Assembly (NCBI RefSeq): GCF_964355755.1
Contig: NC_092671.1
Span: 8,990,001-9,054,000 of the forward strand
From: Antedon mediterranea
Lineage: Eukaryota; Animalia; Echinodermata
Length of the DNA stretch: 64,000 bases
Direction: 5' to 3'
Position 1 is the stretch's first letter. Every line of letters starts with the position of its first letter. This document shows, in pieces, positions 63,597 to 64,000 of this stretch. Below the pieces are notes generated by a model, which ran no database searches, was not told the DNA's origin, and saw only the letters and a list, made by a program, of their open reading frames with translations. The position numbers and the translations under genes are program-made.

Positions 63597-63767
63597 CGGT
63601 AGAACGCCACTTCTTTGGGACAATCCTATTAAGGGGACATTTTCCTGTAAAGCAAACAAGAGGAAGTAATGTTACAGTATGTTTTAACACTACTGCTAAC
63701 CCATATTCAAGGGACATCTCTATTAAAGGACATCGGGTCTCGAAGGTGTCCTTGGGATTCAACTGTA
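63597..63767. mobile_element. Degenerate Tc1/pogo(Tigger)-like MITE
   Basis: CGGTAGAACGCC ... GGGATTCAACTG-TA ends, with internal (TATT.AAG[G]GGACA) repeats typical of pogo-type MITEs. Confidence 0.5.
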
Positions 63768-64000
63768 TTGTAACTATTGCAAAATATTAAATCCAAAAAC
63801 AAGAAAAAGGCTCTAGAATAAATCAATATGTTTTATTACAGAATAAATTTATATTGCACAAACCCATATAATTTTGTAATAAAACAAAGGTGACCATGTA
63901 CTTAGGCAATATGTTATTTTCAGTGTGACTATTATTTATTAATTTTTATTAGCCTCTCTACTCGAACACAAATAAGAACACAAATAAGATACTAGTTTAA

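Overview
AT-rich, intron-rich animal genomic DNA. An invertebrate deuterostome such as an echinoderm is likely, inferred from gene content and repeat style but not proven. Six spliced protein-coding genes were rebuilt by hand from splice sites and reading frames: a p21-like Cip/Kip CDK inhibitor (-), N-acetylglutamate synthase NAGS (+), a ~31-exon FAM186A/B-like coiled-coil gene (-), CSRNP (+), LETMD1 (-) and TMEM163 (+). Introns are packed with non-autonomous elements: several MITE families, two large foldbacks, a Helitron-like element, a 5S rRNA-headed SINE, tRNA-SINEs, a truncated LINE and minisatellites. I found no prokaryotic features, no CRISPR array and no clearly new enzymatic system. 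The most notable points are a spliced p21-type PIP degron/Cy2 tail, an invertebrate FAM186 homologue with a uORF overlapping its start codon and RFX-like promoter sites, CSRNP-LETMD1 microsynteny matching human 12q13, a GC-AG intron in NAGS, a 5S-SINE with a compensated helix I, and CAG-ended elements with 5-bp TSDs. Family assignments rest on remembered human sequences, not database searches.
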